DNA of 64,000 nt from Paraspadella gotoi (Eukaryota; Animalia; Chaetognatha). Shown here piece by piece: positions 22,249 through 33,607 of the stretch. The stretch's first letter is position 1, and each line of letters opens with the position of its first letter. Location: positions 1,356,962 to 1,420,961 of the forward strand of contig CM119267.1 in assembly GCA_051294375.1 (NCBI GenBank). The letters are read 5' to 3'. Made by a program: the position numbers and the translations under genes. The notes beneath the pieces are model-generated. The model was not told the DNA's origin. It was given only the letters and a program-made list of their open reading frames with translations, and did no database searches.

Positions 22249-25200
22249 TCTCTCTCCCTCAATCCATATTTCCAGATTTAACCACCCCCGCGTCAATCAC
22301 CAACTTCCTCCAAATGCTCCCGGGAAAAGAAAATCTGACCACACTTCATCTCCTCTCCTCCTCCTCCTCTTCCTCCTCCCCCACAAATTGGACCACGGCG
22401 CCCACTTCTACCCACTGCGCCTGCCTCGTCGACGTTGGCACGCCCACGGACGCCCGACGTCACAGCGTCTCCTGCTTTTGGACAATCGAAGATCCTTTCC
22501 GTTTGGTGTCGTTGGCGTCGTCTACTTTTTCCGTGGCGTGGGCGGTGGCGCGATTCGGGGTGGTGCCAGTTGTGGGCGTCACGCCGGAAAAGGGCGTGGC
22601 ATCCCGGCGACATCTTTCTTTCTTTCGGCGTCACGGCGCCGTTTTTCTTCTTTTCTCTTCGATGTCGTCAGTCATTATCGGCGTCGTCGTTTCTCTCTTC
22701 TTTGTTCTCTCGTCGGCGTTAAAATTCACACCACTCTTTCTACTCCTCTTGCCGCTCGTGGCGCTGCGAGCGGCGACGCCGGAAACGCTGGCGCGAATGT
22801 GGCGCCGAACCGTGGCGGCGCTGACCGACGGCGCCGGGACGAAAAGATCGACTCCGGCGCCTTCCCCTTCATCCTCCTCTTTCTCTCCGCTGTGGCGCAC
22901 CTTCTGGGTTTGTAGTGATTTAATCTCATTTGCATATTGTAGTATTTCGATTGAGTGTTGATAGATTTTTGTTTACCAATGTCTAATCTTGTTTAATGGG
23001 TATTTATCACTACGTTAAACTAATTGTTAATTTCTTATTTTTGCAGCTAAATTTGAAATATAAAGTGACTCTTGTTTATCAATCTCCTTTAGGTCTCCTT
23101 CCAACCCATCGTCGTCGGCGTCGTTCTTGCGGCCGACGCGCTCTTCCAAGACTCGATCAAAATACGCCTGCACACATTCCACTCGCCCGTCGATTGGGCG
23201 CCACTCGGTCGAGATCCCTCGCCGAGGGTGTTGGTTTGGGGAGACTGGTCTGCGAAAGAGTTGGAAGGGAGGAAGGAAGTCGGCGAAGAAGGTGGAAGGT
23301 TCTCTCTTTGTTTTAAACCCGAGGGTTGGATCGACGAGGCAAAGTGGACGAGCATCTCAAAGAATATGTACGGGTCGTTAATGGAGGACGAGAATAAGGT
23401 AATGTGAAGCTATGAAGTAAGTTTAATATATTATTATACAATAAACGTAAGACGTTGTACAAGACCTCTTCCTCCTTCTCTTCTCCTCTTCCCCCTTCTA
23501 CTTTTCCTTTTTTTCTTCCTCCTTCCTCCAGTGCTCCTCTTCCTCCCCTCGTTCCTCCGACAGCTTTCAACTCCGCGTCGGCAACTACCTTCTGCTCCGG
23601 CCGCCGACGCAAATCGCCGACTCGTTGATCGCTGTAGATTTCGTCTTCGCCGTCGTCTTTGCCTTCGCCTTCGTCGTCACCGACTACCGCCTGGACGCCC
23701 GACACCGCCGTCTGCATATCCGTCTGCTGTCGTTGCTGCTGGCTGCTCCGGCAACGCTGCTGGCGCTGCGACTCGGCGTCGACGCGGCGTACTCTGCCGC
23801 GTCGCAGTCGTTTCGACATCTCGCCGGAAATTGGAACCGTGAGGTTGTACATTTTACGGGGCACTATTTCCGAAGGCACCACATTTCAGTTCTTAATCCT
23901 TGAACTTAATTTCAACCATAATAACTAACTCTAAAGCCAAATCCTTAGCCTTAACCTAAACTAACTAATCATATCCCTCAACCAAATCCCTAACTATTTC
24001 TTAACCTAAGCAAATTCCAGGTCTGTGGTCGCCCAACTTGCTCGATGCGCTATGCTGGTCCCTGCGATGCGAACCCAACCCCGCGTATATGCGCTGCGTA
24101 TGATGCCGCCGCCGATGCCTTTGCCTCCATCGAGAGTCTCGACGCTGTGGCATCAAAAGCAGTGACGCCGGCATCTCATCTCATTGCCGCTTTAGCGCTG
24201 GGAGCATTATGGCTAACCCAGCGGCGGCGGTGCGGTGTCATTCTATTCACTGTAGCAGCAGTAGTGGCGGCACTGCCCTATCTCGTGCTTAACGCCGCAT
24301 GGAGAGCAGCGCCCACAATGATGACAATGACGACTACAATAACGACGATGGAGAGAAGAATCATAGAAAATTCAAAAAAATTGATGGATAAAATGGAGGA
24401 TATAAAGTTAATGCTGGAGGAAAAGATAGAATCGTTGGAAAAGATATTGATGCAGTACAAAGAAGATATCGGATCTTTTCAAACTATGTGCATCGAAGGT
24501 AAATATAAGTTGGAAAAATGAGAAAGGTTAAAGGTAGGTTCTGACTAGTCTCTCATCAGGTAAAAGAGGTAAGAAAAAGTAGTTAAATAAGTTTGAAGTA
24601 TAATTATAGTGGTTATAAACAAAATATATTTCCAAAATAAGAGATAGAGGGAGGGAGGTGTCTTGTACCCCAATGTGTGGGTTGAACGCCACTGGACTAA
24701 AACACCTGGCTCTGGCTCGCGGGTTGCAGAAAGGATGAGTAGGAGAGGATAAAAATTAAAATCCTTATCTTTAACCCCTCATCTTTAAACTTTGAAACTT
24801 AGTACTAAATTAATCCTGAAATGGGCCGGTTTTGAAACATAAGGCCCGCTATTCTCACCCCCAACTTCACATCAGCTCCACCAATCAGCTGTCTCCCCAA
24901 CCCTCATGAAATCCTTCAGAGATTTGCGAACTCAAGAAACAATCCCAAGGTCAAGTGCTTCCAGAGACGGATCGCGCCTTCAGCGAGGGAGGCGTCGTCG
25001 ACATTCTCGCCCACAACGTCGTCGTCGACTCGACCCTCGCTCCCTTCGTCCAATGCGTGGAGACTCTGGAGGCATCGAGACTCTTTGCTCGGCGCTGGTG
25101 GACGATCCACTGGGAGACGGCGCTGGGTCTCAGCTTGGCGCCGCTGATGATCTTGGGCATCGCAAGATGCCTCGCACCGGGAAGGGCGGAGCCAGCACCG

Positions 25201-28179
25201 GAGGAGTCTCTGACGGAAGAATCCCGGGGCGAAGGAGGAAGAGGAGGAGGAAGAAGAAGGTATCCTCCTCTCCGCCTCCTCTTCCTCCTCCTTCTCTTCC
25301 TCTTCTTCCCACTTTTAACGGAGAAGACGAAATCGTCTTTGTCAACGGCGATCGTCGCACGAGAGCCCAAGGACGAACTTGACACGTTCGCCGTAGCGAT
25401 GGAGGAATGTTGGAAAAGAGTAGGAGATGGAAAAGGAGGAAATGGGAAGAAAAGAGACGAAGCGAGTGATATCGTTGACTCGGATCCAACAATTTTTGAT
25501 GATTCATCCTCAGATAGAGAAATAACTTACCCCGAATTCCTTAATCCGAAGCTTTTTCCTCCCGGTTTTCCTTTGGTAGTCTCTAACTTTGACGAGTCTT
25601 CCTCTGCCTCTTCCATCTCTTCCCCGAATCATCCCATCTCTTCCCCGAATAATCCCATCTCTTCCCCCAATCTTCCCATCTCTTCCCCCAATCTTCCCAT
25701 TTCTATTTCCAATCTTCCCATCGCCTCCCCGAGTCATCCCATCTCTTCCCCGAATCTTCCCATCTCTTCCCCCAATCTTCCCATTTCTATTTCCAATCTT
25801 CCCATCTCTTCCCCCTCTTTTCCCACATCCCCTTTCATCTCCGCCTTTAACGACACCGAAATCTTCCGCCTTCGAGATCTCCAACGACTTCGTCAAAAAT
25901 CTCTTCGCTTCTGCGACCGATTGCACGGGTTCGACCTCTTGGCGCCAGCGGTGGCGTTGTTTCTCTATCTCTGCGTCAAGGCGTTGGCGTAGAACCGTGC
26001 CAGCGTTGGTAGTTTTCATTACTTTGTGTTGACGTTGGTATGACAATGGGAGAATTGGCAATTTTATCATTGTATTTAGATTTTTACGCAACGCTTATTT
26101 TGTCTCTATTAGAGTAATGATCAATGTTTTTTTTGCAATATCGCAGCATACCTATTGATTGAATGTTGTTAGGCTTTGCTATCTGTTTCAAAAACTTTTT
26201 TTTCAATAGATGTGCTCTTTCTTCTATTCTAAATGTTTTCTTGAAATTTAAACATATGATAATAATAATAATCTTCTGTTATATATGTTATGTTATATGT
26301 TATATATTTATGCTGTTTATTTTAATCATAATGTTTGTATCACAATTTCCTTGCAACCCAACAAAATTAAATACTCCTCAGAAACCACATCGAAACCCCA
26401 CAAAACCACATTTGACCACATTACGAATTCAGCACCATAAGTCGATTTATCTCAAAGAAAAATCACATGACCAAACTCAAGATAAACTTCGTCTTATGTG
26501 TTTAGCAAATGACCTTCTGAAACTCGATCATTACGAAATTCCTACAACAAATATAAAAATTATCCAATCATTTAATAAATAAGCTATCTTGCCCCAAACT
26601 TTGGACAGGCTTTGGTGGTTTATGCCTCTATCACTCTTACAAAATAATGACATAGCAGATCCTTGCAAGCTTGTGACTCATAATTGGGTGACCTTTCAGA
26701 CCCAAAACCGACCTAGACTCATGATCACACGACCTTCCAGACCCCAAATTCGTGTGGTCACGTGACCCATAACTTACCCAGTTTCCTCATCCTCGATTTT
26801 CGAGAGAAAAGTGAAGGAAAACTTTGGAAAATCTTTGAATTTTTTGAGGAAGCGGCTCTGCCATTGGAGGACGCCTTCCACGGCCTCTGATTGGCTGGTT
26901 TGACAGGAGATACGTTCTGTTGTGTCTGGGAAGAGAGAGAGGGGGAGAGAGGGAGGGAGAGAGGGGTAGAGAGGGAGGGAGGGAGAGAAATGGAGGCAGG
27001 GAGAGAGAGAGAGAGAGAAAGGGATAAGAAAAGGAAAGAAATGATAGAGAGATTGAGAGATGAAGTAGAAAAGAAGTTGAGTGTAAAAAAGAGATTGAAA
27101 ATGGAGGAGAAAGAATTTAATTTGATGGGATGCACGTGTTTAAAAAGTATTTATTACATACTATTTTACAAATTTACTAATCTCAGCTTTGCATGAAAAC
27201 TCATTGATTAAAGACAATTTGAATGTCTTTTTTATTGAATTTGTATTCTTACCGTTTTGTAATATAGATATTGAGTTTTTTTGTTAAATAATAAGTTCGC
27301 TTCCGATTTAATGTTGATTGTTTAACCATCTATTAATTTAACTTTATTTTACATATAAAAGAAATCACTGACAACTTTGTAAGATTAGATTAAAACGACG
27401 GATTCAGTGATAGATTAAGTGATAAATTTTCTGACAGATTTGATGATAGATTGAGTCTCTCACCAAAAGCCATTGAGCGCCAATCGGGCGAGTCGTATTC
27501 AAATAGAAAGTCGGCGTCGGGAGGATGAAAAATGGACAAGAGATGACGGTGATGAGATTCCGTTAGCCTTTTGTCTACAGCGAAACTCGTCAAGTAACCA
27601 GCGCTAAGGAAGAAAACAAAATTAAATCAAGAGAAATAATCAAATGGAAAAAAGTTAAAAAAAAGAATAATGTAATGTTTATAAATTCTGAAACTAAGTG
27701 GATACTTCTAGTAAGATAAATAATTGATTTTTAATTTTATTTAAAATTTTCAGAATGGTGACTTTTGTTTGACTTTGAAGCGCTAGAGGACGCTAGCGTG
27801 AAATTAGCGGTGAACTTATGCAATGCCCGACTACATAATGTTTAAAATAGTTGATAGATCATTAGAGTTACTTTAAAGAGAAAAAAAATTGTTTATGTAT
27901 GTTTGCTGTAAATAAACTACTGTAAATGGCTGCTTAGAAACTAATTCTCTTTTTTGTACTGATTACTTCTTCTCTCCACAATTTAACTTTCCTAAAATCA
28001 AACTTACCAATTCTCCCTCGCCACCGATCCTCACCTTCCAAACTCTTTGTCCAGAGTCTCGTATTCTGACCAAACGTTGTGCGATGTAAAGGCGGCGCTA
28101 GCGTCGTGAAACTCGAAATCTTTTCCGGACAAAAGGCTAACGAGGTTGGCGAGAGTCCCGTCCGCGGTTCGAACGTAGC
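9918..28179 (-). CDS. DUF229-like protein (alkaline phosphatase/sulfatase superfamily), 5'-incomplete, at least 9 exons
   Basis: Minus-strand exons: 28179-28035 ([19 protein letters not shown]), 27603-27464 ([10 protein letters not shown]), 26925-26778 ([15 protein letters not shown]), 19203-19038 ([26 protein letters not shown]), 18723-18343 ([24 protein letters not shown], with small indels), 17653-17469 ([26 protein letters not shown]), ~17348-17135, 16638-16546 (RARIEAT), 10085-9918 (TGA). Motif order matches DUF229 proteins as I recall them; splice phases fit at all junctions but one (17469/17348). Confidence 0.72.
10256..10766 (-). repeat. 3' LTR of gypsy copy A
   Basis: Near-identical to 15535-16049; TG/CA ends; preceded on the minus strand by the polypurine tract. 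Confidence 0.93.
10697..15400 (-). pseudogene. Frameshifted gag-pol of gypsy copy A
   Basis: Short ORF pieces in alternating frames align collinearly to the intact gag and pol of copy B. The indel density may reflect sequencing error rather than decay. Confidence 0.8.
10767..10774 (-). promoter_or_regulatory. Polypurine tract of gypsy copy A
   Basis: GGGGGGGA directly before TGTAGG of the 3' LTR; the same CGTCTGGGGGGGA-TGT context occurs in copy B. Confidence 0.8.
15520..15533 (-). promoter_or_regulatory. Primer binding site of gypsy copy A (tRNA-Trp-like)
   Basis: TGGTGAAACCCGAC just inside the 5' LTR resembles TGGTGACCCCGAC, the complement of the tRNA-Trp 3' end. Copy B resumes after its N gap with ACCCGAC. 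Confidence 0.6.
15535..16049 (-). repeat. 5' LTR of gypsy copy A
   Basis: Near-identical to 10256-10766; followed on the minus strand by a TGG-starting primer binding site. Confidence 0.93.
16050..16250. repeat. ~18-20-bp minisatellite (AAGTTGACCAAATTATGC) interrupted by gypsy copy A
   Basis: Continues at 10222-10255 on the other side of the element; a degraded reverse-complement array lies at 58700-59130. Confidence 0.8.
18003..18200 (+). repeat. Dispersed repeat family (core AATAAGCTATCTTGCCCCTGACTTTGGACAG)
   Basis: Copies at ~10150-10224, 18003-18200, 26545-26672, 47326-47440 (+) and 45556-45635, 58385-58610 (-). Confidence 0.8.
20455..25992 (+). CDS. XK-related-like multipass membrane protein, paralog B, nested antisense in an intron of the DUF229-like gene
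   Basis: Exons: 20455-20833, 21250-21664, 21772-21795 (micro-exon), 21895-22187, 22276-22907, 23093-23398, 23532-23843, 24021-24498, ~24876-25992 (frame at the last acceptor uncertain). Motifs [30 protein letters not shown]; collinear with paralog A. Confidence 0.75.
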
Positions 28180-28309
28180 CTGAGAAGGGAGATATTAANN
28201 NNNNNNNNACCCGACATTCGAACTTTCAGCGCCTCTCTAACCCACCGAGGCGCTCACCAACCTTCACACGACCTCGGGCCGGCGCCGCGCCACCGGAAAC
28301 TGCCGATAA

Positions 28310-29458
28310 ATGCCGCCGCCCGTAACAGGCGCCACAACCAGGTCCCAGGCAGCCTCCTTACGCGCCCCAGCGCCGCGTGTACACGGCGGCCGCTTGTCGC
28401 CGACGCCGTGCTTAAACGACGAAGAGGTTGAAGCGCCAAGAAAGCAACCAACTCCACAGAGCGCCGGCGCCTTCGTTTTTCCTTCGATCGACCAGGAGAC
28501 CCTCGTCGACGCTACTACCGCTCGCGTAACAATGGCAGAAGCACCGCCGACCCAAGCTGAAGTTGACGCCCTCAGAGCGGCCCTCGACGCCGCGATGGCG
28601 GCAACTCGCGCCGCCCAAGACGCCCTCTCTAGAGCGGACAAGCCCAAAAAACCGGACCTGCCCACTTTCGACAAAGAAAATATAGAGATTTGGATAAGGA
28701 GGGTGGAGTCCGCCTATATCCGGGCCAGAGTCGTCAATGCTAAAGATAAATTCGCTTTTCTCGAGGCGAAAATCTCAGTCGATGTGGATCCAAGGATCAA
28801 CGCCTTTTTATACGGCGACCCTTCAGAGATGAGATGGACGGCTTTCATCGAGTACCTGCGTACAGAATACGGCCTGACAAAACGTCGACAAGCCGAGACC
28901 ATCCTCGACGCCAAAATAACGCGCGACGAAATGAAGCCATCGCAACACCTCGCCAGATTGGTTGAGAAGACCTCAACTGTCACCATCGACGACTTATTGA
29001 AGGAGTTGGTCATTCGAGGACTCCCGACGACAGTCCGCGCCAATGTCATTGACCGCGCCGAACCTTTGACCGCGGCTGAATTCGCCGCCATAGCGGATAA
29101 ACATTTCGACGCTGCAGGAAAGCCTCTTCACCAGAGCGCCACTCACTCTATCAATGCAGTTGCCCGCGAAGCAGACGAATTCGACTCAGGGGAAGAAGAG
29201 GATCCTCCAGAGATTAACGCCGTTAACAGACGTCGCGAAAATCGTTTCCAGCACTCCCAAAGACGAAACCAACCTTCAGGCACCATTAGACCGCATCCTC
29301 CAAAGCAAGATGGAACTGCCACCCCTAAGCTCAGGCAGGTGTGCCAATTCCACGCCAAATATGGTGATGCCGCCTATCGCTGCGAGAAAGGCTGTGACCG
29401 CTACGGGGAGAAGCGCCCAAATAAGCAGGGAAACGGACAGGCGGGCCGGCGCCGGTGA
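28310..29458 (+). CDS. gag: Gag (382 aa) of gypsy copy B
   Basis: Long ORF upstream of pol with [26 protein letters not shown] and a C-terminal Cys/His knuckle CQFHAKYGDAAYRCEKGC. Confidence 0.9.
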   Translation: MPPPVTGATTRSQAASLRAPAPRVHGGRLSPTPCLNDEEVEAPRKQPTPQSAGAFVFPSIDQETLVDATTARVTMAEAPPTQAEVDALRAALDAAMAATRAAQDALSRADKPKKPDLPTFDKENIEIWIRRVESAYIRARVVNAKDKFAFLEAKISVDVDPRINAFLYGDPSEMRWTAFIEYLRTEYGLTKRRQAETILDAKITRDEMKPSQHLARLVEKTSTVTIDDLLKELVIRGLPTTVRANVIDRAEPLTAAEFAAIADKHFDAAGKPLHQSATHSINAVAREADEFDSGEEEDPPEINAVNRRRENRFQHSQRRNQPSGTIRPHPPKQDGTATPKLRQVCQFHAKYGDAAYRCEKGCDRYGEKRPNKQGNGQAGRRR

Positions 29459-32400
29459 ACGCCGTGCCACGCCAACTTGGAACTTCACCGGTCAACAATT
29501 ATTTGCTTCATGTCATTGACGCCAGCGACGGGCGTGCTTGGCCGGTTGATGGCGGAGCAATGCTTTCATTGATTCCACCAACTCCAGAACAGCGAGCTGC
29601 AGGCACCAAAGGTCCGCAACTTCAAGCCGCAAATGGAACGCCAATAGCATGTTTTGGGACGACGGAAAGGCGCATAACTCTGGGCCCACGCATATTTCCC
29701 TTCGAAGTTCTGATCGCGGATGTGACACAAAGTATATTGGGCGCCGATTTTCTGGCCCAATTCTTTCTGGCGCCAAATCATCGAGATGGAATCCTTTTAG
29801 ACTTGAAGGACTATTCCACCATAGCCTGCGCACGCTCATATGGCAAAGTTCCATCTCATGTCCATTTCGTCGGCCAAGATACGCCTTACTACAAGCTCCT
29901 GGATGGTTATCCGACCCTTTCGACTCCCACCTTTGAAATTAAGGAGCCGAAACATGGAATCCGTCATCACATCGCGACAGAAGGCCGCCCATGTCAAGCC
30001 CGAGCACGACGCCTTTCACCCGAAAAGCTTGCAGTCGCAAAGGCGGAACTAGACAAAATGGTGGAGCTTGGGGTAGCCATGAGAGCCAAGAGTCCGTGGT
30101 CCTCACCACTTCATTGTGTCCCCAAGGGAGACGGCGGCTGGCGCGTGTGTGGCGATTATCGCCAACTAAATTCACAAACTATTCCCGATCGTTACCCCGT
30201 TAAACTCTTAGCAGATTTTAACGCTCAATTAGCGGGGAAGACAATATTCTCCAAGATCGATCTCCTCAAAGGTTATCACCAAATTCCTGTAGCTACAGAA
30301 GACGTCCCCAAGACGGCCGTGATAACCCCCTTTGGGCTCTATGTCTTCCTGCGCACACCCTTTGGCCTAAAAAACGCTGGCCAGGATTTCCAGCGGCTCA
30401 TGGACGAAATCCTGGGTGACTTACCACGCGTCTATGTATATCTGGACGACATACTGGTCGCAAGCGAGGACGAAGCCCAGCATCTCAAGGACCTGGAGGA
30501 AGTTTTTGAGTCACTCCAGGAAAACGGCCTCGTGGTCAACCGGAAGAAGTGCGTCCTTGGGCAGACGTCACTGGAGTTTCTCGGCTATCATGTAGATGCC
30601 AGCGGCGTCAAACCCCTTCCGCAACGAGTTGATGCACTCCGGGAGACAGCAGCGCCTACAACAGTAAAGGAGCTCCAGCGTTTCCTCGGCATGACCAACT
30701 ACTATCGACGGTTCATCCCGAGGGTCGCCCACCACGCCACCCCCCTTTACGACGCACTCAAAGGGAAGCCACGGCGCCTGGAATGGACCGACAGCTGCCA
30801 ACAAGGATTCGAAGCTGTCAAGGAGGCGCTGGCGAGAGCTGTGCTTTTACGTCATCCCAAAACCGGCGCCGCCCTCTCACTTACGACCGATGCATCGGAC
30901 CATGCCGTAGGAGCGGTTTTGGAGCAGCGAGGAGCTCATGGATGGGAACCGCTTGCATTTTTCTCTGCTAAGCTGAGCGATGCCCAACGAAAATGGCCAC
31001 CTTTTGACAGAGAACTATACGGCGCTTTCAGGGCCGTCAGGCATTTTCGTCCATGGTTAGAGGGCCGATCTTTTGTTTTATACACCGATCACATGAGTTT
31101 AATCCATGCGTTACACAAGAAGACCGAGCCCCAGACAGCAAGACAAACATATCAACTCTCAGCGATCTCCGAATTCACTACAGATATTCGTCACGTCGAG
31201 GGAAAAGCAAATGTCGTCGCTGACGCACTCTCGAGGCCAAGCGCAGCCACGCAAATCTCAGAAAAACCTCTCAGCGAGGAGAAAACGGACAATTTCGCCC
31301 TCATTGTAGCAGCAGTACAACATCAGGGCATCGATCTGCGCGAAATGGCGCGCCAGCAACCGCTCGATCGCGATTTTCAGCGTCTCCTCCAGGATCCAAA
31401 CACCGCATTACACTTCCGGAAGATCAAGCTCGGAGAGGACACAATGATTGTCGACGTCTCCAACGGACCTCCGCGCCCGTTTGTTCCCGAAGCATGGCGC
31501 CAAAAGGTCTTCAAGACAATTCATGATCTCGGACATCCTGGCATCGCCCGAACCCGCGAGGCGGTCGCCGAGAAATTCGTTTGGCCGTCAATGCGTGCAG
31601 ATGTCACTCGATGGTCGCGCGAATGCATTGCATGTCAACGTGCAAAAGTTACTCGTCACACCGTCCCGAACATTGGCGAGTTCATAGTTCCTCCACGTCG
31701 TTTTCAGCATGTACACGTGGACATAGTCACCATGCCTACATCAAACGGTTTTGCATACTTGCTCACCGCTGTAGACCGCTTCACGCGATGGCCAATGGCG
31801 ATTCCTATCAAGGACATGACCGCAACAACCGTTGCTGACGCCTTCGCACATGGGTGGGTCGCCTCTTTCGGAATACCAGCAGAAATAACTACAGATCGAG
31901 GGACCCAATTCTCGTCGACCATCTGGAAACAGTTGGCCAAGACATGGGGCTGCCAGCTCCACTTGACCACCGCCTATCATCCAGAAGCCAATGGGCTTGT
32001 TGAGAGGTTCCATCGGCGCCTTAAAGAATCGCTAATAGCCATCTCAACGGATGAGCCCAACAATTGGTTCTGGCGCCTACCCTCCGCCCTCCTTGCCATC
32101 AGGACAACAATAAAACCGGACATCGACGCATCACCAGCTCAGTTAGTCTACGGAGACGGCCTCACAGTCCCTGGCGACATTCTCTCCCCCAGTGCAACGG
32201 AAGCGGAAGAGAGAGAGGCCCGTCGACACCTCCGAGACGAGTTGCGGCTTGAGGTCGAGCGACTTCAGCCGGCGCCAACCAGCAGGCATCGAAATCCTCG
32301 CGTCCATCTGCCAAGCAACTTGGCAACGTCAACGCACGTATTCATCAGACGCGGAGGAATCAATCCAACTCTGACAGCGCCCTACCAAGGACCTTTTAAA

Positions 32401-32922
32401 GTAGTCAGCCGGGACGATCTCAACTTCAAAGTCGAAATTCCGGGAAAGGGCGCTGAAGTCATTGCAATCTCCCGCATCAAACCGGCCAACGTTTGGAACG
32501 ACGCCGGAGAAGATGGTGCGCAGCCGCAGGATCGCGACTCCCCGACGCCACCGCGACGAGGCCGACGCTCAGGCGCAAGAAACTGCAGTTTGCCCCCTTC
32601 GTCAAGGCAGACGCGCGCCAGAACCGCATCCCTCCGGCGCCCAACCATCGGCGACGAGCAAAACGAAAATTCGCCCGCTCCTCCCCCTCCTCCTCCTCCG
32701 GCGCCGACGCCATCGCGAGAGGCGGAAGTTCCAGGGCGTCAATTACGATCCGGTTTCCGCCCATTTTCCAACGTCAATGTAGCGACGCGACCTGATTATG
32801 GAGAAGTCCTTCGGCACTTACTTTCTCAGACAAAAGATGTGGAGCCCAATCGTGAGGACATAGATCAAGTTCATTCCTCACCTCCTCCCGTCACTTCGTC
32901 TGGGGGGGATGTGGGATTCGTT
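29425..32922 (+). CDS. pol: Pol polyprotein (protease-RT-RNase H-integrase), expressed by -1 frameshift; 3' end runs into the gap
   Basis: Protease VDGGA...ILGADFL; [32 protein letters not shown]; RNase H TDAS, ELYG, TDH, VADALSR; integrase H-x3-H...CIAC, VDIV, TDRG, ERFHR, GPF. The domain order is gypsy-type. The frame opens after TAA at 29422-29424. Confidence 0.95.
29428..29473 (+). promoter_or_regulatory. -1 programmed ribosomal frameshift signal
   Basis: G GGA AAC heptamer in the gag frame, a 5-nt spacer, then hairpin GGCG-GGC-CGGCG/CGCCG-T-GCC-A-CGCC. Heptamer and stem are conserved in copy A (14289-14335, minus). Confidence 0.85.
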
Positions 32923-33022
32923 NNNNNNNNNNNNNNNNNNNNNNNNNNNNNNNNNNNNNNNNNNNNNNNNNNNNNNNNNNNNNNNNNNNNNNNNNNNNNN
33001 NNNNNNNNNNNNNNNNNNNNNN
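32923..33022. other. Assembly gap (100 N); other gaps at 28199-28208, 36115-36124, 52655-52664, 53581-53605, 62012-62036
   Basis: Runs of N in the sequence. Confidence 1.
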
Positions 33023-33495
33023 AGCGAAATTTCTCAAAAATTAACGGTTATCGGAACCCTATATGAAAGTTGCGATGCACCAATTACCCTAATATTTATA
33101 TTTATTTTTTGTCACGTTTTTTTTTCGTGTCATAACAACGATGACAAATGAGGATAAAGTTGAGTTCAAAATTCCCAAGGTTTTCTGGTGGACATTGTTT
33201 CTCGTTTTATTGATCCCATGCTCGTTCCGCTGACCTTAAATTGTGGGAAATGTTTAAATTTGATCAGAAAATATAAATATTTATAAACATGAACATGAAC
33301 ATGTAAGCCAAAAATTATCGAACCTTAAGCTGAGCGCATTGATTCAACTCCCGATTTAGATTATTAATTGGAGTTCCAGATTCCTGATGAGGATGAAGAT
33401 GCGTTTTGTATCTCTCTCTCTCTCTCTCACCCGATAAATCAACTCAAACTCTCCCCTGTCCGCCATTGGATTCTTCTTGCGGTCCAGGGCCACCT

Positions 33496-33607
<112 letters not shown>

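Larger units (their letters stand above)
28209..32922 (+). mobile_element. Ty3/gypsy LTR retrotransposon, copy B (intact ORFs, LTRs hidden in N gaps)
   Basis: Intact gag and pol; PBS remnant right after the gap at 28199-28208; PPT at 32902-32909 followed by LTR start TGTGGG at 32910 and then a 100-N gap. Confidence 0.95.
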
